Below are positions 33,372 through 43,297 of a stretch of 64,000 bases of DNA, piece by piece (positions within the stretch are counted from its first letter, which is position 1; each line of letters begins with the position of its first letter). Position numbers and translations under genes: made by a program. The notes below the pieces were generated by a model that saw only the letters and a program-made list of their open reading frames with translations, was not told the origin of the DNA and did no database searches. Location of the stretch: assembly GCF_934754925.1 (NCBI RefSeq), contig NZ_CAKVJA010000001.1:226137-290136 (forward strand), given 5' to 3'. Source of the DNA: an uncultured Clostridium sp. GTDB taxonomy: Bacteria > Bacillota > Clostridia > Clostridiales > Clostridiaceae.

Positions 33372-34349
33372 ATGTTAAAAAGTAAAGTTTTAAAAGTGTT
33401 AGAAGAAAACAAAGGAAGAACTGTTTCAGGTGCTGAAATTGCCAAAACTCTGAATCTATCAAGAACTTCGATTTGGAAAGCTATAAATTTACTAAGAGAT
33501 GATGGATATACTATTAATGCTGTTACAAACAAGGGCTATTCTCTAGAAGATAATACAGATATTATATCTAAAGAAGGTATTTCCCTATATTTAAATAAAG
33601 ATTTTTCAAATGTAGATATATATATTTATAAAACAACTTCCTCTACTAATGAAGTTGCAAAAAAATTAGCTTTATCTGGAGCTAAGCATGGAACTGTTGT
33701 TATTTCAGAAGAACAAACACAAGGTAAAGGTAGAATGGGCAGATCATTTTACTCTCCAGCTAATACAGGTATTTATATGAGCATTATATTACGTCCAACA
33801 CTAACAGCAATGGATTCTGTATTAATTACAACATCTTCATCTGTAGCTATATGTGATGCAATACATAAAGTTACGGGCATAGAATGTCAAATTAAATGGA
33901 TAAATGATATTTATATAAATAATAAAAAGATAGGTGGTATCTTAACAGAAGCTTCTACTAACTTTGAAAGTGGAACTATCGACTACTTAATTTTAGGAAT
34001 AGGAATTAATTTTAATAATCCTAAGGATGATTTTCCAGATAACCTTAAAGAAATTGCAGGATCTCTTTATAAAGGAAATAGTAATGGTATAAATAGAAAT
34101 ATGCTTTGTGCAGAGATACTAAACAATATTTTAAGTATTATTCCCAAAATTAAAGACTATGACTTTATTTCAGAATATAAAAAAAGAAGTATCATTTTAA
34201 ATCAAGAAATAATGTATATAAGTGGTGGAATTTATTCTAAAGGTAAAGCTATCGATATAAATAATGATGGTTCTTTAGTAATAAAACATGATGATGGTTC
34301 TATAAAAATATTAAATTCAGGTGAAGTCAGTATTAGGAGGTTAAGTTAG
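33372..34349 (+). CDS. birA: Bifunctional biotin ligase/repressor BirA
   Basis: N-terminal HTH, STN, QGKGRMGRSF, KWINDI, KIGGIL, SGEV. Confidence 0.96.
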   Translation: MLKSKVLKVLEENKGRTVSGAEIAKTLNLSRTSIWKAINLLRDDGYTINAVTNKGYSLEDNTDIISKEGISLYLNKDFSNVDIYIYKTTSSTNEVAKKLALSGAKHGTVVISEEQTQGKGRMGRSFYSPANTGIYMSIILRPTLTAMDSVLITTSSSVAICDAIHKVTGIECQIKWINDIYINNKKIGGILTEASTNFESGTIDYLILGIGINFNNPKDDFPDNLKEIAGSLYKGNSNGINRNMLCAEILNNILSIIPKIKDYDFISEYKKRSIILNQEIMYISGGIYSKGKAIDINNDGSLVIKHDDGSIKILNSGEVSIRRLS

Positions 34350-34910
34350 ATGAGAAAACTAAATACAAAATCACTTATTTTATGTTCTCTATTTGCTGCA
34401 TTAATTGCAGTTGGAGCTTTTATTAAAATTCCAGTTCCAATGGTACCATTCACATTACAAGTCTTATTTAGTACATTAGCTGGATTATTACTTGGACCTA
34501 GACTTGGAGTAGTATCTGTAGGAATATATATACTTTTAGGCTTAGTTGGGCTTCCTATTTTTACAAATGGTGGAGGACCAAGCTATATTTTTCAACCTAC
34601 CTTTGGATATCTTATAGGATTTTTAATGGGTGTATATGTTACTGGGAGTATTGCTCACAAAACCAAAAATCCATCACTAAAAAAATTAATAATAGCAAGC
34701 TTAGCTGGCTTAGCAATAGTTTATATTATAGGAATGATATATTACTATTTTATCGTAAATTTCTATTTAAACACATCAATTACTGCAATTAAAGTACTAA
34801 TATATTGTTGTTTAGTATTTATTCCTGGAGATGTAGTATCGTGTATAGTTGGCTCAATTATTGCTAAAAGAACTATTCCCGTAATTAAAGGACAGATATT
34901 AATTAGTTAA
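34350..34910 (+). CDS. bioY: Biotin transporter BioY
   Basis: VPFTLQ, GLPIF, PTFGYL. Abuts birA (TAG ATG). Confidence 0.95.
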   Translation: MRKLNTKSLILCSLFAALIAVGAFIKIPVPMVPFTLQVLFSTLAGLLLGPRLGVVSVGIYILLGLVGLPIFTNGGGPSYIFQPTFGYLIGFLMGVYVTGSIAHKTKNPSLKKLIIASLAGLAIVYIIGMIYYYFIVNFYLNTSITAIKVLIYCCLVFIPGDVVSCIVGSIIAKRTIPVIKGQILIS

Positions 34911-34927
34911 TTTAATAAATTTTTTCA

Positions 34928-34982
34928 AAAAAGGAGCTATATCAGATTAAGTTGATAAAATTTAATCTGATATAGCCTTTTT
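34928..34982. terminator. Bidirectional terminator
   Basis: GCTATATCAGATTAA...TTAATCTGATATAGC flanked by A/T runs. Confidence 0.75.
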
Positions 34983-36465
34983 AAATATTAAGTATTATTC
35001 TATATTCTGTTCCTTTTGTATTATCAATCAATTTTATACTTCCATTATGCTTTTCTATAATAGCTTTAGTAATAGCAAGTCCTAAACCAGTTCCCCCTGT
35101 TGACGAGCTTCTAGCTTTATCTTCTCTTACAAAAGCCTCAAAGATTTTATCTCTTATTTCTTCATTAATACCTCTTCCATCATCAAAAATTCTTATTTCA
35201 ATTACATCATTAAATTTTCGTGATATAACAGATAAAGTTGTATTTTTTTCATTATATTTTATAGCATTATCTATTAAATTACTTATTGCTCTTGTAAATT
35301 TAACTTCATCAATATTAACCCAATATTCTTCTTCAGATATATTAAAATCATAATTAAAATCTTTTGCCTCTAGTTCTGGAATATAATAAGCAACAATTTC
35401 TCTTAAAACTTCATTTACATCTACATTTTTTATGTTTAATTTATAATCCATACTGTCTAATAAAGAAAATTCAAATAAATCAGTTATTATTTTAGTTGCT
35501 CTCCTTGAATTTATGTTAATTATAGTTAAATACTCTTGTTTTTCTTCTTCTGTTAATTTATCATAATTATTTAATATATCACTATAACCTAATACAGCTG
35601 ATAATGGATTTTTTAAATCATGAGAAATATGTAGTATTAACTTATTTCTTTCTTGTTGAAGCCTTTGATTTTCTTCTTTTTCTATTTTTAGTGCTTCACT
35701 CATTAAGTTAAATCCATTAGCTAATTCTTTAAATTCATTATCTTTTTTTATATAAACTTGATTGCCATAATTACCTTCAGTTATTTTCTTCATTCCTTCA
35801 TTTAAAGTATTTATTGGATTAATAAACTTTCTTGCTGTCCACTTTGCAAAAACATATATAATAATTAGCAGTAGTATAATATTGATAACTATTAATAATA
35901 TTATTTCACTTTTATTCCCAGTTAGTGAATTATAATTATTATGTTTATTTATATTCTCATATGGAACACCAAATACTACTAATTTATTTTGTTCTTTTAT
36001 AAATTTATATGAAATTGAATATTCTATTTCATCATCAGTAGCTATTATGGTGCTTTCTGAATCACTCATAGTCAGCATACTCTCTAATATTTTTATAGCT
36101 GAACTTGATTCCCTTTCAGAGTATACTTCAAAATTTAATATCTTAATATAATCGTCTAAAGTTATTTCTTCAAATTCCTTTATTAAATCTCCTCTCTTAA
36201 ACTCTATATTATTATTTTCATCTATTACTATTAAAAATCCATTTATATCCTCTAAGTCTTTTTCACTTATCATTTCATAATCATTTGCTAAACTGTAATT
36301 AATAAGTTTATACTTTATTGTTGATGGTAAAAATAAATAAGTACTATATAATATAAAGGTAATTATAAACATAATAACCATTATTGAAATAAGAGCAATA
36401 TATCCTATAAAGTAATTTTTAAATAACTCTTTTGCAACTCCAGATTTAAATCTTCTTTTTCGCAT
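34981..36465 (-). CDS. HAMP-containing sensor histidine kinase
   Basis: 2 TM, HAMP, SHDLKNP, NLIDNAIKY, DDGRG, GTGLGL. Confidence 0.95.
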   Translation of the reverse strand: MRKRRFKSGVAKELFKNYFIGYIALISIMVIMFIITFILYSTYLFLPSTIKYKLINYSLANDYEMISEKDLEDINGFLIVIDENNNIEFKRGDLIKEFEEITLDDYIKILNFEVYSERESSSAIKILESMLTMSDSESTIIATDDEIEYSISYKFIKEQNKLVVFGVPYENINKHNNYNSLTGNKSEIILLIVINIILLLIIIYVFAKWTARKFINPINTLNEGMKKITEGNYGNQVYIKKDNEFKELANGFNLMSEALKIEKEENQRLQQERNKLILHISHDLKNPLSAVLGYSDILNNYDKLTEEEKQEYLTIININSRRATKIITDLFEFSLLDSMDYKLNIKNVDVNEVLREIVAYYIPELEAKDFNYDFNISEEEYWVNIDEVKFTRAISNLIDNAIKYNEKNTTLSVISRKFNDVIEIRIFDDGRGINEEIRDKIFEAFVREDKARSSSTGGTGLGLAITKAIIEKHNGSIKLIDNTKGTEYRIILNI

Positions 36466-37155
36466 TTATTTCACCTTTTCAAATTTATACCCAATTCCTC
36501 TTATAGTCTTTAAATACTTAGGACTCTTTGGATTATCCTCTATTTTTTCTCTTAAGTGACTCAAATGTACAAGAAGTGTATTATCATCTCCAAAATAACT
36601 TTCTTCCCATACCTTCTCATAAATTTGTTTCTTGGTATAAACTCTACCAGAATTACTCATTAATAAATCTAATATCTTAAACTCCTTAGGATTTAAATCA
36701 ATTTTAATATTATTTTTATATACTTCATAATTTTCCTTATTTAAAGTTAACTCTCCTAATACTATTTTAGTATATTCCTCTTTATTATTTACATATTGAT
36801 AACAACGTCTTAATTGAGATGCTACTCTCGCTGTTAACTCAATGGTATTAATTGGTTTAACTATGTAATCATCAGCACCTAATCCTAATGCTAAAACCTT
36901 ATCACTATCAGTTGACATAGCTGTTATAAAAATTATTGGAATCACAGAAGTTTTTCTTATTTCTTCCATTACAGTTATACCATCTATATTAGGCATCATT
37001 ATATCTAATAATGCTAAATGAACTTCTTGATTTTTAAAAGCTTCTAAAGCTTCTATTCCATCTTTACATTCAATTACCTCATAACCTTCTTTCTTCATAT
37101 TTAAAGCTAATAACCTTCTTATATCGTCTTCATCTTCAGCAATTAAAATTTTCAT
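36466..37155 (-). CDS. OmpR-family response regulator
   Basis: AEDE, LLDIMMP, GADDYIVKP, TIRGIGY. Confidence 0.95.
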   Translation of the reverse strand: MKILIAEDEDDIRRLLALNMKKEGYEVIECKDGIEALEAFKNQEVHLALLDIMMPNIDGITVMEEIRKTSVIPIIFITAMSTDSDKVLALGLGADDYIVKPINTIELTARVASQLRRCYQYVNNKEEYTKIVLGELTLNKENYEVYKNNIKIDLNPKEFKILDLLMSNSGRVYTKKQIYEKVWEESYFGDDNTLLVHLSHLREKIEDNPKSPKYLKTIRGIGYKFEKVK

Positions 37156-37156
37156 A

Positions 37157-38365
37157 TTATTTATCCTCCAATAATTTTTCCTTAGCATAACATTCACTTG
37201 CTAAATCTAGCATATTATTATTTTCATACACTATAGCTAATCTTCTCCATAAAATAGATTGTGTTGGATGCTTTTCAATACTATCTTTTAAAAATTCTAT
37301 AGTTTTTTCAAATCCACTATTTGTTTCATAAAGAGTACACAAAAACTCATATGCTCTCATATCATTTTCATTATTTTTAATATATTCTTCTAAACATTGA
37401 ATTTTAATGTCTATATAATCATTTATATCATTAGTATTAATTGCATAATATTCACTATCATATATGTTATAACTTTTACTTACTTCACTTTCAAACTCAT
37501 CTAAAGATATTCCCATAACTTCATTAAAGCTTTCTTCAAATGTATTTATCTTGCATTTCTCAAATATATCACCAATTGATTTTTCGCCATTAAACTGAAT
37601 TATTTTATGAATTAAATAAGTGCTTTGAGCAAATAGTTTTGAATTTTCTTCACTTTTACTAGCTTCAATCCATACATTACTATTATCTAATTCCTTCAAT
37701 GGTAAAAAAATTGATGCTTCATAAATTGGTTCCACAATAGAACAATAATATTCATTAAGTCCATTTATAAACCATATAGGAAAATATTGTTTATTTAAGT
37801 TATTATCTTTAAAAAAGTTATCAAGTAAATAATTATAATATAAGTTAAATAATTTTTCTTTAAAACTCATTGACTGTATTACAAATGAATCATCATTTTC
37901 TCTTATTTTTGGTAAGTTATTAATAATTTCTCTAAAAACATCTTCAACATTCATATAAATTGTATTTAATGTTTTATTATAATACCCAGCCCCATGTCTT
38001 TGTGTATCTCCTATGCTCAATCTTTCTTGAAATATTTCTTTATCAAAATCTAACTGAATTGTAAGTTCTTCTTTAGGAATATATCCTAAAATTTCATTTG
38101 ATTTTACTTCAATTTTATCTAAATATGAAAATAATAAAGGTAAAGCTATTTCAACTTCTTCATTATGAAGTATTTTGTAGTTTTTATATAATGTTTCTTT
38201 AAAGTTATTTTTATATTCTTTATCTTCAAATTGTGAATAATAAATTTTATTTATTTTATATTTTATAAATTCTTTTCCAGGAGTACTATTAGCATAAGCT
38301 ATTCCCATCCCTACAATAATAACAAGACTTGTCCCAATTATAATTTTCTTCTTATACTTTATCAT
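37157..38365 (-). CDS. Exported peptidase-MA-like protein lacking the Zn motif, with a C-terminal TPR-like region
   Basis: N-terminal signal/TM helix. Aligns by eye with 11705-12691. TPR-like WRRLAIVYENNNMLDLASECY. Confidence 0.65.
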   Translation of the reverse strand: MIKYKKKIIIGTSLVIIVGMGIAYANSTPGKEFIKYKINKIYYSQFEDKEYKNNFKETLYKNYKILHNEEVEIALPLLFSYLDKIEVKSNEILGYIPKEELTIQLDFDKEIFQERLSIGDTQRHGAGYYNKTLNTIYMNVEDVFREIINNLPKIRENDDSFVIQSMSFKEKLFNLYYNYLLDNFFKDNNLNKQYFPIWFINGLNEYYCSIVEPIYEASIFLPLKELDNSNVWIEASKSEENSKLFAQSTYLIHKIIQFNGEKSIGDIFEKCKINTFEESFNEVMGISLDEFESEVSKSYNIYDSEYYAINTNDINDYIDIKIQCLEEYIKNNENDMRAYEFLCTLYETNSGFEKTIEFLKDSIEKHPTQSILWRRLAIVYENNNMLDLASECYAKEKLLEDK

Positions 38366-38541
38366 TTTTATTATTATCCCCCTAAATATTCCGTATTTTT
38401 AATTAAATTTCTTTAATATTTATCAATTGGTATTGTTAATCTTAATAATAAGATAATATACTATAATTAATCTACTATTATATAAACCTTAAATTTACCT
38501 TAAATTAGTATCATTGAAAAAAGAGACATAGCTAATAAAAG

Positions 38542-39189
38542 CTATATCCCTAATATATGGATAATATCCTTAATATTCTCTATAATATAATCAGCCTCTT
38601 TAAGCTCATCATCATTTCCATAGCCATAACTACAACCAATAGAAAATAAATTATGCTTTTTTGCTAATTCTATATCAACAAATCTATCACCAACAACAAT
38701 AAAATCTCCTTGGTAATTTTCCTTAATAAACTTAAAAATTTCATACTTAGGAATAAAGTGAAAATCTTCACTACAATAAAAATCTATAAAATACTTATTT
38801 AAATTAAATTTTTCTATATGTTTATTCATATAACTAGACTTACAATTACTTAAAAATATTAATTTATATCCATATTCATTTAATTTATTAAGTGTTTCAA
38901 TAGTACAATCATATAACTGAACTTCTCCTTTATCTATATATTCAATCATAGCTTGTCCTATAATTGAACTACACTTCTCTTTTTCACACTTTGGCAGATT
39001 AGGCATAAATGTATTCCACATATCCTTTGGACTTAAACCAAGAAATTTACTTATTTCTTCTTCTTCAAACTCTCTTTTCTTTGCATAACCATTGGCAACT
39101 AAATAATCATAAGCTTTCATAAAAGCAGGTTTATATATTTTTATACTATTATGCAGAGTGCCATCATAATCAAAAATAATGTATTTCAT
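38542..39189 (-). CDS. HAD-IA family phosphatase, last gene of the rib operon
   Basis: FDYDGTL, LSN, K, VGDRFVD. Starts 3 nt after the ribH stop. Confidence 0.88.
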   Translation of the reverse strand: MKYIIFDYDGTLHNSIKIYKPAFMKAYDYLVANGYAKKREFEEEEISKFLGLSPKDMWNTFMPNLPKCEKEKCSSIIGQAMIEYIDKGEVQLYDCTIETLNKLNEYGYKLIFLSNCKSSYMNKHIEKFNLNKYFIDFYCSEDFHFIPKYEIFKFIKENYQGDFIVVGDRFVDIELAKKHNLFSIGCSYGYGNDDELKEADYIIENIKDIIHILGI

Positions 39190-39192
39190 AGA

Positions 39193-39654
39193 CTAAAAGT
39201 TCTTTAAAAGGTTAACCATTTCAATAGCCGTAACCGCTGCATCGTATCCCTTATTACCTGATTTAGTACCAGCTCTTTCTATAGCTTGTTCTATGCTATC
39301 TGTAGTTAATACTCCAAATATTACTGGCTTTTCAGTTTGAAGTGATACACTTGCAATTCCTTTTGACGCTTCTGCACAAACATAATCAAAATGAGGTGTT
39401 GATCCCTTTATAACTGCACCTAAGCAAATTACTACATCATACTCATCATTTTTAGCCATTTTCTTTGCTACAAGTGGTATTTCAAATGCTCCTGGAACCC
39501 ATGCAACATCTATATTATTTTCCTCTACACCATGTCTCTTTAACCCATCTAAAGCTCCACCTAATAATTTTGATACTATAAATTCATTAAATCTTCCTAC
39601 TACTATTCCAACCTTAAGTCCTTCCGCTACTAAATTTCCTTCTATTATTCTCAT
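39193..39654 (-). CDS. ribH: 6,7-dimethyl-8-ribityllumazine synthase
   Basis: [28 protein letters not shown]. Confidence 0.97.
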   Translation of the reverse strand: MRIIEGNLVAEGLKVGIVVGRFNEFIVSKLLGGALDGLKRHGVEENNIDVAWVPGAFEIPLVAKKMAKNDEYDVVICLGAVIKGSTPHFDYVCAEASKGIASVSLQTEKPVIFGVLTTDSIEQAIERAGTKSGNKGYDAAVTAIEMVNLLKNF

Positions 39655-39797
39655 TTTTTCTTCCTCCTAAATTTTCATTCATTTTATATAATTTTTAATT
39701 TATAACTTGTCCTACATTTTTAACTTGAATCCTTATTTTTCTAAAAGTAATATAAACTATACTTGTTCATTGGTTTTACTATAAAACTCTAATAACT

Positions 39798-41000
39798 TTA
39801 AAGCATATGCCCAAGTTTTTCTTTTTTAGTTTGTAAGTAAAACTCATTTTTTTCGTTGTGATTCATTTTAATTGGAACTCTATTTACAATTTCTATGCCA
39901 TACCTTTCTAATCCATCTATCTTTCTTGGATTATTAGTCATTAAATTAACTTTAGAAACACCTAAATCCTTTAAAATTGCAGCTGCAACATCGTAACTTC
40001 TCATATCTGCGGGAAAACCTAACATTTCATTTGCTTCTACAGTGTCAAATCCTTTATCTTGAAGTGAATAAGCCTTTAATTTATTTATAAGTCCTATTCC
40101 TCTTCCTTCTTGCCTCATATAAAGTAAAATTCCGCAGCCTTCTTCAGCAATTCTCTTCATAGCTGCATCATATTGTTCTCCACAATCACATCTTTTAGAT
40201 CCCAATGCATCTCCTGTTAAGCATTCTGAATGAATTCTAGTTAAAACTTCAGAATTATTATTTATATGACCTTTAACTAATGCCACATGATGTTCTCCAT
40301 TTAATTTATTTATAAATCCATACATTTTAAAATCACCATATCTAGTTGGCATTTTAATTTCAACAACTCTTTCAACCCTTGCTTCTTTCTTTTCCTTTTC
40401 TCTTCTATACGCAACTAGATCTTCAATAGTTATTATTTTTAAGTTATGAACCTTTGCAAATTCCATTAATTCTGGAGTTCTTGCCATTGTACCATCATCA
40501 TTCATTATTTCACATATAACTCCAGCAGGCCTTAACCCAGCAAGTTTAGCTAAATCAACAGATGCTTCTGTATGGCCACATCTTTTTAATACACCACCTT
40601 CTTTAGCTATTAATGGGAATACATGCCCTGGTCTTCTGAAATCTTCTGCCTTACAATTATTATCAAGTACTTTTTGAATAGTTAATGCTCTTTCAAATGC
40701 TGATATACCTGTAGTTGTATCCACATGATCGATTGATACTGTAAAAGCAGTTTCATGATTATCAGTATTCTTTTCTACCATTTTACCTATTTTTAATTCA
40801 TTTAATCTTTTTTTTTCCATAGGCATACAGATAAGTCCACGTCCATATTTAGCCATAAAATTAATAGCTTCCCCAGTAACCTTATCTGCTGCCATTAATA
40901 AATCTCCTTCATTTTCTCTATTAGGATTATCAACAACAATAACAATTTTTCCATCTTTTATATCTTTTATTGCTTCTTCAACACTATTAAATTTATACAT
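39798..41000 (-). CDS. ribBA: DHBP synthase / GTP cyclohydrolase II
   Basis: [40 protein letters not shown]. Confidence 0.97.
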   Translation of the reverse strand: MYKFNSVEEAIKDIKDGKIVIVVDNPNRENEGDLLMAADKVTGEAINFMAKYGRGLICMPMEKKRLNELKIGKMVEKNTDNHETAFTVSIDHVDTTTGISAFERALTIQKVLDNNCKAEDFRRPGHVFPLIAKEGGVLKRCGHTEASVDLAKLAGLRPAGVICEIMNDDGTMARTPELMEFAKVHNLKIITIEDLVAYRREKEKKEARVERVVEIKMPTRYGDFKMYGFINKLNGEHHVALVKGHINNNSEVLTRIHSECLTGDALGSKRCDCGEQYDAAMKRIAEEGCGILLYMRQEGRGIGLINKLKAYSLQDKGFDTVEANEMLGFPADMRSYDVAAAILKDLGVSKVNLMTNNPRKIDGLERYGIEIVNRVPIKMNHNEKNEFYLQTKKEKLGHML

Positions 41001-41020
41001 AAACCCTTACTCCTTTCATA

Positions 41021-41677
41021 TTAAAAAAATCCATTTTCCCTTAGAAAATCTTCTGTTAATGATGTATTCTTTTTGTTTTCTTCCTTTGTTTCTAATCTCA
41101 TAAGCTTTTCAACATATTTTGAAATCACATCACATTCAAGATTAACAGTTTCACCAATAGCTTTATTTAACAATGTAGTTTCTTGTGCAGTATGAGGTAT
41201 TATTGAAACTTTAAATACATTTTCATCTACATATGCAACTGTTAAACTTATACCATCAATTGTTATTGAACCTTTTAAAACTACATATCTTAAAATATCA
41301 TTTGTAGTTTTTATAGTAACCCAAGTAGCATTATCTTCTTTTATTAATGAAATAATTTCACCAGTTCCATCTATATGTCCACTTACAATATGACCACCTA
41401 ATCTACTTTGTAATGTTAATGCTCTTTCTAAGTTAACTTTAGTTCCTACATTTAAATTTCCTAAATTACTTCTCCTTAATGTTTCAGCCATAACATCAGC
41501 TTCAAAACTATTTGCTTTTAAATCTGTCACAGTAAGGCATACCCCATTAGTACAAATACTATCTCCTACATTTGTATTTTCTAAAACCTTATTTGCTTTA
41601 ATTAATAATTTTGAAGATTTGCTACTTTTTTTTATTTCCTGTATAACACCTAATTCTTCAATTATACCTGTAAACAT
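41021..41677 (-). CDS. ribE: Riboflavin synthase (alpha)
   Basis: MFTGI N-terminus, GVCLTV, GGHIVSGH. Confidence 0.96.
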   Translation of the reverse strand: MFTGIIEELGVIQEIKKSSKSSKLLIKANKVLENTNVGDSICTNGVCLTVTDLKANSFEADVMAETLRRSNLGNLNVGTKVNLERALTLQSRLGGHIVSGHIDGTGEIISLIKEDNATWVTIKTTNDILRYVVLKGSITIDGISLTVAYVDENVFKVSIIPHTAQETTLLNKAIGETVNLECDVISKYVEKLMRLETKEENKKNTSLTEDFLRENGFF

Positions 41678-41688
41678 ATAATCACCAC

Positions 41689-42771
41689 CTAACATATATA
41701 TCCTTCAACTAAAATATCTTCATCTACAATATTGGTAGTAATATCTTTCAATTTAAAGGCATCATTTAATTTATCTATTCCTATTCCACCTACTGGTGTT
41801 TTAGAGGATTCTCCTCCTATAATTTTAGGAGATATATAAATCATTACTTTATCAACTATACTTTCTTCTAAAGCAGAATAATTAAGTGTTGACCCTCCTT
41901 CTAATAAAATACTATCTATATTTAATTCCCCAAGTTTTTTAATAAGAGCACTTAAATCAACCTGTCCATTTTTTTCGTCTATAATTAGCACATTAATATT
42001 CTTTTTTAATAACTCTTGCATATTTTTTATATTTGCTCTTTTAGTAGTTGCTATTATTGTTTTATTATCTTTATTTTGTAATACTTTAGAATTCATAGGT
42101 ATTCTTAATGTGCTATCAACAATAATTCTTATTGGATTACTTCCATTTTCTATTCTACAAGTTAATTCTGGGTTATCCTTAATTACAGTATTTACTCCTA
42201 CCATAATTCCAGAAAGCTTATTTCTTAAATTATGAACTTGTAATCTTGATTTTTCAGAACTAATCCATTTAGATTCACCAGTTCTTGTTGCCATTTTCCC
42301 ATCAAGAGACATAGCAGTTTTTAATACCACAAAAGGCTTTTTAGTTAATATATATTTTATAAATACTTCATTAAGTTTTTTACATTTATCTTCTAATACA
42401 CCAACCTTTACTTCTATACCAGCCTTTTTTAATTTATCTACTCCATTTCCTGAAACTAATGGATTAGGATCTATCATTCCAATAACCACTCGCTTTATAT
42501 TATTTTCAATTATTTTATCTGCACATGGTGGCGTTTTACCATAATGAGAGCACGGTTCTAAAGTTATATACATAGTAGATCCACTTGGATCTTCCTTTAA
42601 GCTTTTAAATGCATTTACTTCAGCATGTCCTTCTCCATATCTTTCGTGATAGCCTTCTCCGATTACAATTCCATCCTTTACAATTACAGCTCCAACCATT
42701 GGATTTGGATTTACTTTTCCTTCACCTTTCTTTGCCAATTTAATGGCTAACTCCATAAATTTTTCATCCAA
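41689..42771 (-). CDS. ribD: Riboflavin deaminase/reductase RibD
   Basis: NPMVGAV, HAE, LEPCSH..TPPC, SLDGK, LLEGG. Start is TTG at 42771 or GTG at 42780. Confidence 0.96.
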   Translation of the reverse strand: MDEKFMELAIKLAKKGEGKVNPNPMVGAVIVKDGIVIGEGYHERYGEGHAEVNAFKSLKEDPSGSTMYITLEPCSHYGKTPPCADKIIENNIKRVVIGMIDPNPLVSGNGVDKLKKAGIEVKVGVLEDKCKKLNEVFIKYILTKKPFVVLKTAMSLDGKMATRTGESKWISSEKSRLQVHNLRNKLSGIMVGVNTVIKDNPELTCRIENGSNPIRIIVDSTLRIPMNSKVLQNKDNKTIIATTKRANIKNMQELLKKNINVLIIDEKNGQVDLSALIKKLGELNIDSILLEGGSTLNYSALEESIVDKVMIYISPKIIGGESSKTPVGGIGIDKLNDAFKLKDITTNIVDEDILVEGYIC

Positions 42772-42817
42772 ATTTATCACCTCACAATGAAATTAATTTG
42801 AATTTAATAAATCATTC

Positions 42818-42849
42818 AAAAAAAGCCCTGAGCTTTTTACTCAGGGCTT
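42818..42849 (-). terminator. Distal terminator in the rib leader
   Basis: AAGCCCTGAG-loop-CTCAGGGC followed by T7. Confidence 0.8.
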
Positions 42850-42966
42850 AATATTTTACAATCATTCTTATATTATCATTTTATTTACAATTAAACTTAA
42901 TAAAAAATATTTAATAAATATAACTATAAAAATAAAATTTATAAAAATAATCATATAAATTTTGTG

Positions 42967-43002
42967 AAAATAAAAGCTCTGAAATATAAAATATTTCAGA
43001 GC
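42967..43002 (-). terminator. Proximal terminator in the rib leader
   Basis: GCTCTGAAATAT-TTT-ATATTTCAGAGC followed by TTTTATTTT. Confidence 0.75.
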
Positions 43003-43050
43003 ATAAATACACAAAACTAATATAGTAGTTAAAAATACTATATTTACATT

Positions 43051-43160
43051 TATCTTCTTCCATCCAGACTTTACTGTCGGCCTCGGAATTTCACCGAATC
43101 TGCTAAAATCGCTCGCGGGCTTTACCGCCGGTAGGGAATTTCACCCTGCCCTGAAGATTT
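43051..43160 (-). ncRNA. FMN riboswitch (RFN element)
   Basis: ATCTTCAGGGCAGGGTGAAATTCCCTACCGGCGGT...AGCCCGCGAGC...GACAGTAAAGTCTGGATGGAAGAAGAT upstream of ribD. Confidence 0.97.
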
Positions 43161-43297
43161 ATTAAATTATAATTAAATGTTATTATAAATACTATTTTAT
43201 GTCAATACTTTTTTTGGAAACTATATTTTTGTTATAAAATTATATATTATTATCAACACATTTTTCTAATAGTATATGCTACTATTAAATATAAAAT

